A stretch of DNA of 52,331 nucleotides from a virus. Lineage: Duplodnaviria > Caudoviricetes. The translations under genes were made by a program, and so were the position numbers. The stretch is from IMG/VR virus record IMGVR_UViG_3300024520_000102, positions 1 to 52,331 of that record; one strand, written 5' to 3'. Below, piece after piece: positions 17,556 through 26,197 of this stretch (its first letter is position 1; the number at the start of each line of letters is the position of its first letter). The notes under the pieces are model-generated. The model made no database searches and was not told the origin of the DNA. It saw only the letters and a program-made list of their open reading frames with translations.

Positions 17556-17665
17556 CCTACTACTACCCTACTACTACCCCCACAGCGGCCTGTATAGGGG
17601 CTGTAGAGGGTAGTAGTAGAGTTGTTATGAAGAGTTATGAACTGGGGTTATGAAGAGTTATGAAC
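17556..17665. repeat. composite inverted plus direct repeat element before the wHTH gene
   Basis: CCTACTACTAC x2 inverted to GGGTAGTAGTAG; GTTATGAAGAGTTATGAAC x2 over the start codon. Confidence 0.75.
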
Positions 17666-17941
17666 ACAATCAATTTAACGATAGACAAGAACCGGAGACT
17701 GATAAGCATAGACGACCAAGTGCTACAACTCAGCAAAAAACAATATCGGCTGATGGTGTTACTAGCTGATGGGGCCGTCAGCTACGGTGAACTGTGGCAA
17801 GAACTAGATTATCACAGCAAATCAGGCTTTAATAGCTTATTGCATCGCACAATAAATAAAACAGGAACAGGCGTATTCCGCCAAGCGAGAGGGTGGGGTC
17901 TGAGCTACAGTAAAAGCGTGATTGTGAGTGTGAAGGAATAA
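17660..17941 (+). CDS. stand-alone OmpR/PhoB-type winged-helix DNA-binding protein
   Basis: LTIDKNRRLISIDDQVLQLSKKQYRLMVLLA...VSYGEL...SLLHR...RGWGL matches the Trans_reg_C pattern. Confidence 0.7.
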   Translation: MNTINLTIDKNRRLISIDDQVLQLSKKQYRLMVLLADGAVSYGELWQELDYHSKSGFNSLLHRTINKTGTGVFRQARGWGLSYSKSVIVSVKE

Positions 17942-17944
17942 ACA

Positions 17945-18223
17945 ATGACAAACTATCATATCGGGATTAAACCCGTCTGGGCAAACGCTTACAGTGTGCC
18001 GCATTGTTGGGGCTATGAGGGGATGACCAAAAACACAGTAACTCATGTTGTTTTTGATGAACCATTTGAGGCAGGCCGCTTAAAGCGGGCCAAAGGTGAA
18101 TATTTATGCAGTCAGTCGAAAGGAGACGGCAAATACTTACCACGAAACAACAAGGTATTCAAAGAAATTACTTGTAAGAAGTGTTTTAAGATGGCTTTGA
18201 GACTAGGAATTATAATAGCGTAG
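17945..18223 (+). CDS. hypothetical protein (possible Zn-binding)
   Basis: H..LC...TCKKC. Confidence 0.6.
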   Translation: MTNYHIGIKPVWANAYSVPHCWGYEGMTKNTVTHVVFDEPFEAGRLKRAKGEYLCSQSKGDGKYLPRNNKVFKEITCKKCFKMALRLGIIIA

Positions 18224-18273
18224 GGTAATCGTAGGCTTGCCGTCAAGTACGGATTAGAAAAGCATGGTAGAAT
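18219..18273 (+). promoter_or_regulatory. phage repeat-promoter copy 7
   Basis: CGTAGGGTAAT CGTAGGCTTGC CGTCAAG-N20-TAGAAT. Confidence 0.82.
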
Positions 18274-18302
18274 GAGCCTATCTTAGGAAGTCAAGGACTT
18301 AA

Positions 18303-18491
18303 ATGATGATTAACACACCTATCAAAGCTATCACTATCGGCGCTCAAATTGTAGTAAAGAGTGTTAAGTATACTGTAATCCACACTACGCCACACACAAT
18401 AACGTTGAAACGAAAAAGCGGTCGCAAGCATTACAAAGCGGCTTACACCAAAACCGAAAATCAATATTACCTCCTAGGGTTGCCGAGATGA
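18303..18491 (+). CDS. hypothetical protein
   Basis: 62 aa after AAGGA RBS. Confidence 0.55.
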   Translation: MMINTPIKAITIGAQIVVKSVKYTVIHTTPHTITLKRKSGRKHYKAAYTKTENQYYLLGLPR

Positions 18492-18706
18492 CCATCAAAC
18501 AATTTTACGCCATCATCACTCAGGCGGGCCACAACGCTAACCATTTCAGTGTAGCCCGTGGCAGTCGCTCACTCTCGGTAATCTATGAGCGACGACGATT
18601 TAACACGGTTGGGCTGTCTCAACAAGTAATCAATTCTATAATGTCACTATTCGCTGATAGTCGATTAACCGATTGGAACGAAATAATTATACCGGTGGGA
18701 ACATAA
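18488..18706 (+). CDS. hypothetical protein
   Basis: 72 aa, ATGA coupled. Confidence 0.55.
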   Translation: MTIKQFYAIITQAGHNANHFSVARGSRSLSVIYERRRFNTVGLSQQVINSIMSLFADSRLTDWNEIIIPVGT

Positions 18707-18709
18707 CAA

Positions 18710-18958
18710 ATGGACATGGAAAATCTCGCAAAACAATTGAATAATTTAACGATTGGGAATATTCCTGTTAATACAAAAGCTGAATATCTAAAAAAGTCAG
18801 ATAGCGTCTCTTTGCAATTAGCTGGTGGTAGATATACGCTCGCAGAATATGAAAAGCATATTTTTTGCTCAAAAGATGGACGGTTTTGTCTTTTGCCGCT
18901 AACGTCTGCGACGGCATTATCAATAGTAATGAAACTTTGGGAGAAAAATAATGACTAA
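18710..18958 (+). CDS. hypothetical protein
   Basis: 82 aa in the operon. Confidence 0.55.
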   Translation: MDMENLAKQLNNLTIGNIPVNTKAEYLKKSDSVSLQLAGGRYTLAEYEKHIFCSKDGRFCLLPLTSATALSIVMKLWEKNND

Positions 18959-19283
18959 AACAATGTTCGCAGTAGGCAAAGTCAACAATGGCAAGATTGA
19001 ATATCGACAACCAAGCATAGCCGCTACAATTCGAGAAGCGTTAAAGGGCCTCGTAGGTCACGAGGGTCTGATTAACCATAGCCCGCTAAAAGAGGGGCAA
19101 GTAATCACAAACGGGCATAGGACTTGTAGGATTACTAAATTAGTTTGGGATGAGAAAAAGGCGCAAATTTACGCCCGAACCAAGAACGTCAACGCCGCTG
19201 GCAATCCGGCTGGTAATCCCCGATTGACAGGGTACAGGCCGGTTAATGACTTGGTAAAAGAGGGGTGGGGGTGTGTGGAATGA
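18951..19283 (+). CDS. hypothetical protein
   Basis: 110 aa, GGAG RBS. Confidence 0.6.
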   Translation: MTKTMFAVGKVNNGKIEYRQPSIAATIREALKGLVGHEGLINHSPLKEGQVITNGHRTCRITKLVWDEKKAQIYARTKNVNAAGNPAGNPRLTGYRPVNDLVKEGWGCVE

Positions 19284-19600
19284 CACTAGTTATAGAGCCT
19301 AGGCAGTGGGCAGAACCTCACCCCATTAAGGGCGTTTTAATAGTCGATGATGAGATAGACAGAGCAATTCTTACAGATATTGTTACATTTAGGCGTTTTA
19401 TATTAGGAGTTAATATTTTTAACACACCTACCAATATTACGATTGATCTACAAACACCCAACGGTGAAACGATCTACGAATATACAGACAAAAACGCTTT
19501 TGTGTTTTGGGAGCAATTGGCAGAGATGGTTTCCAGAGAAGTTAAAATAAAAATGCTTAAATTTTCAGAGCGCTTGAAGGAGAAAAATGACGACAATTAA
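19280..19600 (+). CDS. hypothetical protein
   Basis: ATGA-coupled start MTLV; C-terminus (FWEQLAEMV) resembles the next gene (FWLGLRKMV). Confidence 0.6.
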   Translation: MTLVIEPRQWAEPHPIKGVLIVDDEIDRAILTDIVTFRRFILGVNIFNTPTNITIDLQTPNGETIYEYTDKNAFVFWEQLAEMVSREVKIKMLKFSERLKEKNDDN

Positions 19601-19907
19601 AATTGAAGCGCCAGCAATAGACGGTATTTTTTTTGCACACAGAGACGACGACGATACGAGATATGGCACATTAACTGATGTAAAAACACTTAATCGTTTT
19701 ACTTTAAGAATAAGATACAACAATGACGACACGTTAAAAGTTTGGTTAGACGTTTATGGCGCTGTTTATGGTAGGGCCTCTCCTTTGTGTACATGGCATA
19801 AAGGAGAGGCTGAGGACTTTTGGCTAGGGTTAAGAAAAATGGTTGACGAAAGAACAAGTGAAAAAATGCAACGATGGTATAGTCTAGCTTCGGACCGCAA
19901 AGTTTAG
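19587..19907 (+). CDS. hypothetical protein
   Basis: 106 aa, AAGGAG RBS. Confidence 0.6.
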   Translation: MTTIKIEAPAIDGIFFAHRDDDDTRYGTLTDVKTLNRFTLRIRYNNDDTLKVWLDVYGAVYGRASPLCTWHKGEAEDFWLGLRKMVDERTSEKMQRWYSLASDRKV

Positions 19908-19912
19908 AACTA

Positions 19913-19940
19913 AAAAAGAGCCTCCTAGGAGGCTCTTTTT
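19913..19940. terminator. bidirectional intrinsic terminator between the early and late arms
   Basis: perfect palindrome AAAAAGAGCCTC-CTAG-GAGGCTCTTTTT. Confidence 0.85.
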
Positions 19941-19943
19941 GGT

Positions 19944-21257
19944 TTAACGTTCTAGTACCGTATACGACCCGTCCAACTCAGCTGTTACGTTAGCCGTTCC
20001 TGAATTGTTAGCAATCATCAGTTTGATATAATCGTTCTCATCCATCGTTACGCCCGCCGTGAAGCTGAAAAACGCAACGTTTCGCCCACCAGCTAAACTG
20101 TTGACGGGCCTTAGTTGCGAGTAGACATCAACAAAGCCAGCAATACTATTATCCCACCTCACCACCTTTAAGACTAATTCGTCGTTTGATGTTCCATCAA
20201 TAGTAAAATCTCCGAATATTCTGAACTCTCTGGGGTTTTTACCGAGATGGCGCAGTTGCCCGTTGGCGAATACATCAAAATGCTGTAAATCGGTAGCGGC
20301 AAAAGTTCCTAGCAAGTCCTCGAATTGGGCCATTGTATCAATTTCGGTTTCAATCTCAACGGTTGTTGTCTGCACACCACCAACAAAGGTATTCATTACT
20401 CCTTGATTTCTCCACCAGTCTGATGATAAATCGCCAGATGCAATATTAGGTAAGATTGTGGCATCCTCCGCATCGCTTACGCCGTTTCTGGTAAAAATAG
20501 CGCCGTGAATTTGAAAGGTAGAAGGGTTAGGAAAGTTTGATGGGGCGAAGTCGGTAAAAGGGGCAAGCGTCCCCATATCGGCGTTTATGTCGGTTAAAAA
20601 TCGACTTTCCATCATGAAACCAGCGCCCGCTTTGAATAACGGTTCAGTCATGGCGTTGTCGATATTTCTAACAATACTAGTCGTAATCCGATAACCACCG
20701 ACCCAAATGCCGACCAACTCTAAAGACGGTTGTCCCCCAAATCTCCCCGTCCCAAATTCCAACCCTTGCCGATAATTATCAATTTTGCCGAGACTGGTAC
20801 AATTATTGTAGTTGATGCGGGCAAATTCAAACGCTTCAAAGCCAGTGTCTGAAACCAAATCGTAAACCTGACTATTTGCTCCAGTGACTTCTATGGCATA
20901 ATCAGCCCCTAGGATGTTACCACTCCCACCCACTGGACTTGTGAACATGGTATAATTTGGAGCGCTTGACGTTAATTTACTAATATCAAAATCAAAACCA
21001 CGAATATTTAAGCCACCGACAGGGGCAACAATAGGCATGGCTCCAAGATCAACTGTCCCATCCAACCAGTACTCAATATCTGATCGTGCATTTTCAAAGT
21101 CAGCCGCTGTCTTAACAACCTTTATTGAATCAAAGTTGACAAAACTTGAGGCCGTCATTGCCGTTACTATTCGTTCCCTAAAATTTGCTGATAAATCTGG
21201 TGTAATTTGGCTTAATCGTTCCCATTGCTGTGCTTGTTCACGTGTCCAATTTCTCAT
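19944..21257 (-). CDS. virion protein, probable tail fibre/spike
   Basis: 437 aa, beta-rich, last gene of the tail module. Confidence 0.6.
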   Translation of the reverse strand: MRNWTREQAQQWERLSQITPDLSANFRERIVTAMTASSFVNFDSIKVVKTAADFENARSDIEYWLDGTVDLGAMPIVAPVGGLNIRGFDFDISKLTSSAPNYTMFTSPVGGSGNILGADYAIEVTGANSQVYDLVSDTGFEAFEFARINYNNCTSLGKIDNYRQGLEFGTGRFGGQPSLELVGIWVGGYRITTSIVRNIDNAMTEPLFKAGAGFMMESRFLTDINADMGTLAPFTDFAPSNFPNPSTFQIHGAIFTRNGVSDAEDATILPNIASGDLSSDWWRNQGVMNTFVGGVQTTTVEIETEIDTMAQFEDLLGTFAATDLQHFDVFANGQLRHLGKNPREFRIFGDFTIDGTSNDELVLKVVRWDNSIAGFVDVYSQLRPVNSLAGGRNVAFFSFTAGVTMDENDYIKLMIANNSGTANVTAELDGSYTVLER

Positions 21258-22460
21258 TTAACTCTCCTGAATTACTAATGAAGCGTAGTAAGTTTCGTTA
21301 ATTGATGACATATTCTGAACTGCTAGTATAAACTCATCCGCCGTCCCGTCAATCGCAACGCCGGGGCGAATAGTTGAAATGGTGGCAGGGGTGACAATGT
21401 CGCTGGCCTTATTCCCGTACCCGCTGATTAGCTGAAACCCACCGCTTAGAGTATTCACGTTAGTCCGACTAATATCATACTCAATAGCGGCATCCGATAG
21501 TGTCACCCATGACACTGCGTCAACGCCCGCTATAGTTGGATTGACTATTAAAACCCATCTAAAATCGGCGTTTGAAGTACAAATAATGGATGCCTTGATT
21601 GTGTTGATTGTTGCCCCTTCCCACCCCGAACGCAATCGAAACGAGAGTAACGGGTGTATACTGGTATTATTTCCAGTTGAAAACGAGGTTGTGCCACGGT
21701 CTATGGCCCTAGTTTGGCCCGCCTCTTGTTGTCCGCCCGCACTCTTCACTACACAGCAAATTGTATCTAGTTCCGATATTCCGCCCGTCCCATCGTTTTC
21801 TATGCTATACCGAATTGGAAGATTTGGGGATTGCATATAGACATCCGTGTACGTGGTATTAGCATGGTGTTCCGCATGGGCGTAAACAGGCAGGCCGTCA
21901 AGCTGAAAACCGAACCGAACCGAACCAACGCCCAACCATTCCATATCAAAAATGAATATTTGAACTTTGGTAAAGTCCATAGTGTAACCACTATCAGCCC
22001 AAGCTACTCCGTTGAACGTCCAATCTGCAATGGCTATTTTTCTATCAACTCCATTTTTACGGATGCCAAAATAGAAGTCGTCTGAGGCTTCAAAGAATAT
22101 ACCATTATCATCCTCAAAATAACCAACCTGTTTAGTTATTCCGCTTTCCTTATCGTTTATATTACCAGTGATGGCGATTTCTTGAGACTTGCCCGGCTGG
22201 TAGTTCAGACATCTAAACGACTGCCTCACTCGTTTTCCCGCCGTCAGGTTAGCAACAGCTAACACAGACTTAGCATCCGCTATAACGAACGTGCTAGACG
22301 TGCCAGAGCCACTGGTTTCTTGGTCGTCAAAGTGAAGAGGTAAGTTATCGTGTATCTGTTTGGCATCAAATAAAGTAAATGGATTAGATACTTTTAAGTT
22401 GCCAAAGGCATCCAACATAGTTATATTTGCTGTGAAAATTGAGTTTTCGGTGTATGACAT
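21258..22460 (-). CDS. virion protein, probable receptor-binding/lectin-like
   Basis: DAFGNLKVSNPFTLFD...YQPGKSQ...DMEWLGVGSVRFG pattern of phage tail-associated proteins. Confidence 0.65.
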   Translation of the reverse strand: MSYTENSIFTANITMLDAFGNLKVSNPFTLFDAKQIHDNLPLHFDDQETSGSGTSSTFVIADAKSVLAVANLTAGKRVRQSFRCLNYQPGKSQEIAITGNINDKESGITKQVGYFEDDNGIFFEASDDFYFGIRKNGVDRKIAIADWTFNGVAWADSGYTMDFTKVQIFIFDMEWLGVGSVRFGFQLDGLPVYAHAEHHANTTYTDVYMQSPNLPIRYSIENDGTGGISELDTICCVVKSAGGQQEAGQTRAIDRGTTSFSTGNNTSIHPLLSFRLRSGWEGATINTIKASIICTSNADFRWVLIVNPTIAGVDAVSWVTLSDAAIEYDISRTNVNTLSGGFQLISGYGNKASDIVTPATISTIRPGVAIDGTADEFILAVQNMSSINETYYASLVIQES

Positions 22461-22478
22461 AGTTTATATCCTTTGTAG

Positions 22479-22544
22479 CGTAGGGTAAACGTAGGGTAAT
22501 CGTATAGTTTCCGTCAAGTACGGATTGAAAATGCATGGTATTAT
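22479..22544 (+). promoter_or_regulatory. phage repeat-promoter copy 8
   Basis: CGTAGGGTAAA CGTAGGGTAAT CGTATAGTTTC CGTCAAG-N20-TATTAT. Confidence 0.85.
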
Positions 22545-22599
22545 GATATTTAGAAATTAGTTCCTAGTGGCTTCACCACCCACTAGCACAACTAAATAG

Positions 22600-22673
22600 C
22601 CTGCCCTTTGGGGAGAGGCGGAGGCACGACCGAAAGGTCTCACCCGGCTCTATGAACCAAAGGGATGAACAGG
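22600..22673 (+). ncRNA. structured RNA with a kink-turn and GAAA tetraloop
   Basis: CCCTTTGG/CCAAAGGG stem; GG-GGA-GAG / CTC-TAT-GAA-CC K-turn; GACC-GAAA-GGTC. Confidence 0.6.
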
Positions 22674-22736
22674 ATAAGGGCCAATACATAAGCTGACAAA
22701 GTCAGCTAAACTTTTTTCTACACTGGGAGGTGTAAT

Positions 22737-23153
22737 ATGGAATTTGTAAAAAATCAAGTCGTGGTAAATCTGGGAATGGAAGTTTCTCAAGTGGTCGAAA
22801 TCCGAAAAGATGGCGATTTAATCCTAACTGATGGCGATGTTAGATGGCTGGCTTGCTCAACTAAAACCCGTCCAGCAACTAAGGATGAGGCTTTATTCTC
22901 AGGGGTGTCAGTTAATCCTGAGCTTTTAACAGAAGAAACCTTTGGAGGAGAAAACGAGAACAACCGTTTTATGCTCCAAACGTTCCTAAATCGGTGGGGT
23001 ACTGTTGAGTACTTCGTAAAAGATGCTTTATACTGTGATGCTCTCGGTTACAGCGAAATCCGATGGCAGGCCGATTGTAGGAAAACCGCAATCTTAAACG
23101 CCATGATGGATACTCACGATATTGATTGCGAAGGCGACAGATTGGAATGGTAA
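22737..23153 (+). CDS. hypothetical protein (antisense cassette 1)
   Basis: 138 aa, GGAGGT RBS. Confidence 0.7.
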   Translation: MEFVKNQVVVNLGMEVSQVVEIRKDGDLILTDGDVRWLACSTKTRPATKDEALFSGVSVNPELLTEETFGGENENNRFMLQTFLNRWGTVEYFVKDALYCDALGYSEIRWQADCRKTAILNAMMDTHDIDCEGDRLEW

Positions 23154-23215
23154 GAAAAATACAAGTTGGCAGACCTTAAAAAAACTGCCAGCCAACTAAC
23201 TAAACGGAGATCAAA

Positions 23216-23401
23216 ATGTTAAATTATCAAACTAATAGAACTATGATAGACAGTAAAATCAGGAATTTAGCATCATTGCCGGGTGGGTTACGATGTAAGT
23301 ATCTCGTGACGTTAAAAGGCGAAAATGATACTCTTATCGCCAAGCAATGGAAACGGAAGTTGCCAATAGCAAAAGCTAACCAAGTGATAATTAAATTCTA
23401 A
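23216..23401 (+). CDS. hypothetical protein (antisense cassette 1)
   Basis: 61 aa, GGAG RBS. Confidence 0.55.
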   Translation: MLNYQTNRTMIDSKIRNLASLPGGLRCKYLVTLKGENDTLIAKQWKRKLPIAKANQVIIKF

Positions 23402-23407
23402 AACGTT

Positions 23408-23926
23408 TTACAAAACAATCCAATCTGTCCCATCACAATGAACCTGTCGGCTAGTCCATTGTTTGGAGATTATCAAAGTAGCGCCGCCGTTTATTGTGCC
23501 ACTATCGGGCGTTAAGGTCACTAGATTAACCGAACTATCAATTTTAACTATGTTGTAGAATTGGCGTATGTTCGCCGTCGTCAGGGTGACAACTATGTCC
23601 CCCGTCGTTGCGTCACATTTAACCGTGTAATCATCGGTCAAAAGTGTTTCTGATACTGTGATAGTTCGGATATTTAGAGTAACGGTACTCGGTACAATAC
23701 CGGCTATTTCATTCTGAATAACCGTGACAGCGCTCTCAAGACTAAGCACCCTTGCCGTTAGCGATGCTATCAACCCTAAAACGTAATCAAACGCAGACTG
23801 CACGGTAAACGAAGCGCCGTTAATCCCCACGATCTCAGACTGTTGAGGTTGGGCGAAGTTGCGCCGGTTGGCGGCTGATTTCTCTAGTGATTTAATTCGT
23901 TTGACAACGTCTAATTCAAAGCTCAT
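23408..23926 (-). CDS. minor tail/fibre protein
   Basis: N-terminal coiled coil, then DATTGDIVVTL...KIDSSVNLVT...TING...DGTDW. Confidence 0.7.
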   Translation of the reverse strand: MSFELDVVKRIKSLEKSAANRRNFAQPQQSEIVGINGASFTVQSAFDYVLGLIASLTARVLSLESAVTVIQNEIAGIVPSTVTLNIRTITVSETLLTDDYTVKCDATTGDIVVTLTTANIRQFYNIVKIDSSVNLVTLTPDSGTINGGATLIISKQWTSRQVHCDGTDWIVL

Positions 23927-23937
23927 AAGATTATTAC

Positions 23938-24003
23938 CGTAGGGTAATCGTATAGTTCCCGTAGGGTTAGCGTCAAGTACGATAGTGGAAAGTAGGTTAT
24001 ACT
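23938..24003 (+). promoter_or_regulatory. phage repeat-promoter copy 9
   Basis: CGTAGGGTAAT CGTATAGTTCC CGTAGGGTTAG CGTCAAG-N20-TATACT. Confidence 0.85.
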
Positions 24004-24042
24004 GTAGTCAGTTCCAAATTAACCAGTAACAGGAGAAACAAA

Positions 24043-24294
24043 ATGGCTCCAGACATCTTAGCTTTACTTATAAAGTTTCCAAGCAGAAAAGTTATAAAAA
24101 CTATGTCGCCCGAACTTGGCGATCTAATAGAAGAATCTCAATCAGATAATGGTGTCGCCATTGTTGTGAAAAAAACAAGATGCACTATTGTAATTCAATA
24201 TGTTCAATATGGTGTAACATGCACATATCGCTATAGTCATTTGTCACATTTGCCCGTTTTTGCAAAAGGTTATAAGCCCCAAAGAAGCAACTAA
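24043..24294 (+). CDS. hypothetical protein (antisense cassette 2)
   Basis: 83 aa, AGGAG RBS. Confidence 0.6.
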   Translation: MAPDILALLIKFPSRKVIKTMSPELGDLIEESQSDNGVAIVVKKTRCTIVIQYVQYGVTCTYRYSHLSHLPVFAKGYKPQRSN

Positions 24295-24381
24295 TTATGT
24301 CACGGAGATTAAAATGACTAACTTAAATACTAAATTACACCAAGCGCAAGCAATGCAAACCAATCGGGAGGCTAAAATATA

Positions 24382-24744
24382 ATGTCACGTAAGCGAATTT
24401 ACATGCCACAAACAAGAATAGATCATTATGAAGATAAAATCGCCATGCGATTATTTGGGAAGGGTATAGATAGTGCAAAAGATATTTTTTCATTTTTACA
24501 ATTTAATCAGGAAAATGAAAAACGAATTTTATCCGGTTTCATGTCTACTTTTTGGCGGATAACGGAAGAACACATTAAGGATTTTACCATTAACGGGAAA
24601 ATTGATAGTCGTTACCAAGTCGCTCCTTATGCTGGACATTTCGGGGTAAAATATTGCGTACACGATACTGATACCGGTATTTTTCATACTGCCAAATTAA
24701 GTAATAATAATTTGGAGATTACTGGAATAATGAGGCTGATGTAA
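24382..24744 (+). CDS. hypothetical protein (antisense cassette 2)
   Basis: 120 aa, GGAGG RBS. Confidence 0.65.
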   Translation: MSRKRIYMPQTRIDHYEDKIAMRLFGKGIDSAKDIFSFLQFNQENEKRILSGFMSTFWRITEEHIKDFTINGKIDSRYQVAPYAGHFGVKYCVHDTDTGIFHTAKLSNNNLEITGIMRLM

Positions 24745-24748
24745 TCTA

Positions 24749-25021
24749 ATGGAGACAATAAAAATGAATTTCTACAATCTCTTGATTAAAGAACCATACA
24801 AGCAAATTCACAAGTGGCATAATGGAGAAATACAGCGGCTAATAACAGAGTGTGAGCAATTCACGTTTGAGCGCTTATTAGACCAGCTAACTCACGAATT
24901 TTGTGACGGATATCCCATGACAGTTTCTGATAAGTTTGAGCAATTAAAACTTGATATAGAAAAAGAAGCGCGTATCAAGTTTTTTGCTACAATGGTAGCG
25001 ATAGATAGAAAATTAACTTAA
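24749..25021 (+). CDS. hypothetical protein (antisense cassette 2)
   Basis: about 85-90 aa, convergent overlap with the tail gene. Confidence 0.6.
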   Translation: METIKMNFYNLLIKEPYKQIHKWHNGEIQRLITECEQFTFERLLDQLTHEFCDGYPMTVSDKFEQLKLDIEKEARIKFFATMVAIDRKLT

Positions 25022-25957
25022 CACCGAAGCCGTAAGCACAGGAGGCCCAAAATCACCGCCCCTGATTTTCAACTCTTCGGTATCAGCTATCCACTTGTTA
25101 CCGCCTAACTCAACCGCAAAAGTCGAGAAACGTAGGGCAAAATCGGACGTGCTTTCAATATTGAAAAAGAACGCCGTCCCTTTTTGCTCTGCTAAATCGG
25201 CAAGGTCGGTCAACACATCAAAGAGCGGGCGATAACGGATGTCCTCGATTGTAACAATCGGGGCCTTGCTCAAATCATTAGCCACCGATAAGCGAGGTAC
25301 AGACCTCTCATCTATCGTCATGGCGTTCCGTGCTAGTAGTTTAGCAAGGTCATCCGCATGGCCTGTGAGTGGGCCAACGTCTAAGACGATCCTGTCCTCT
25401 AGCAGGCTGTTTAAGCCTCTGAACTGTAACTCCGCCTCGTTCTCATCCAATGTCACCCGCTTTAGTCGCCACAGTTCAGTTTGCCAGCTTGGTACATCTA
25501 GCACCGCCAAGCTGTTGTTTTCAAACTCGGTAGCCATCAGTGGCAATTCAAAAACCTCACCAAACTTGAGGGCATTATTAAAATCTGCGCTCTGCGTTGG
25601 TCGGGTTTTATTCTTGCTAATGATCGTCAATCCCGCCTCGGTTAGGGTCGTTTCGTCTGAACTATCAGCAGATGTGAATATCTCAGCACGGCCTAAGATT
25701 GCCGTAGTGTCAAGGTCAATATCTTCAACCGTGAACTGGCTACGCTCAGAGCCAAAGCCAGAGCCACCGACAAACGCCACGTTTTTCTGTAGCGTCCAAT
25801 CAAAGGTAATGGTTGGGGATATGAAACGGTCAATCTGTAGAGAATGTGGCAGAGTAATTGTCAGAACGGGTATATTATTAAGGCTTCGCACCACGTCAAC
25901 TGAGAGAGGTTTGATTATTCGGTTATATCGACCTTGTGGGGTGAAAAATCTAAGCAT
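25013..25957 (-). CDS. siphovirus Gp37-like tail hub protein, apparently with permuted segment order
   Basis: NVAFVGGSGFGSER and GRAEIF motifs, LNSLLEDRIV, ADDLAK, LFDVLTDLAD; follows the Dit-like gene. Confidence 0.7.
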   Translation of the reverse strand: MLRFFTPQGRYNRIIKPLSVDVVRSLNNIPVLTITLPHSLQIDRFISPTITFDWTLQKNVAFVGGSGFGSERSQFTVEDIDLDTTAILGRAEIFTSADSSDETTLTEAGLTIISKNKTRPTQSADFNNALKFGEVFELPLMATEFENNSLAVLDVPSWQTELWRLKRVTLDENEAELQFRGLNSLLEDRIVLDVGPLTGHADDLAKLLARNAMTIDERSVPRLSVANDLSKAPIVTIEDIRYRPLFDVLTDLADLAEQKGTAFFFNIESTSDFALRFSTFAVELGGNKWIADTEELKIRGGDFGPPVLTASVLS

Positions 25958-25990
25958 TATTAAATTCCATTAACTAAAGGAGCAACAAAA

Positions 25991-26197
25991 ATGATAAAGA
26001 ATAACAATGTAAAAGTAGGAAGTATGGTAAGAATTCATGGGCGATATGATGACAGATTAGCTTTAGTCACGGAAGAATGCACGAGTGGGGGGGTGTGTGA
26101 TATTTGGATTAAATATATTGATAATGAGTTTGATACCCCTGTTCCTTTTCAATCAGATCATAAGCATTTAACCGTGGTAAAATCATTAGATGACTAA
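25991..26197 (+). CDS. hypothetical protein (antisense singleton)
   Basis: 68 aa, AAGGAG RBS; no repeat-promoter seen upstream. Confidence 0.6.
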   Translation: MIKNNNVKVGSMVRIHGRYDDRLALVTEECTSGGVCDIWIKYIDNEFDTPVPFQSDHKHLTVVKSLDD

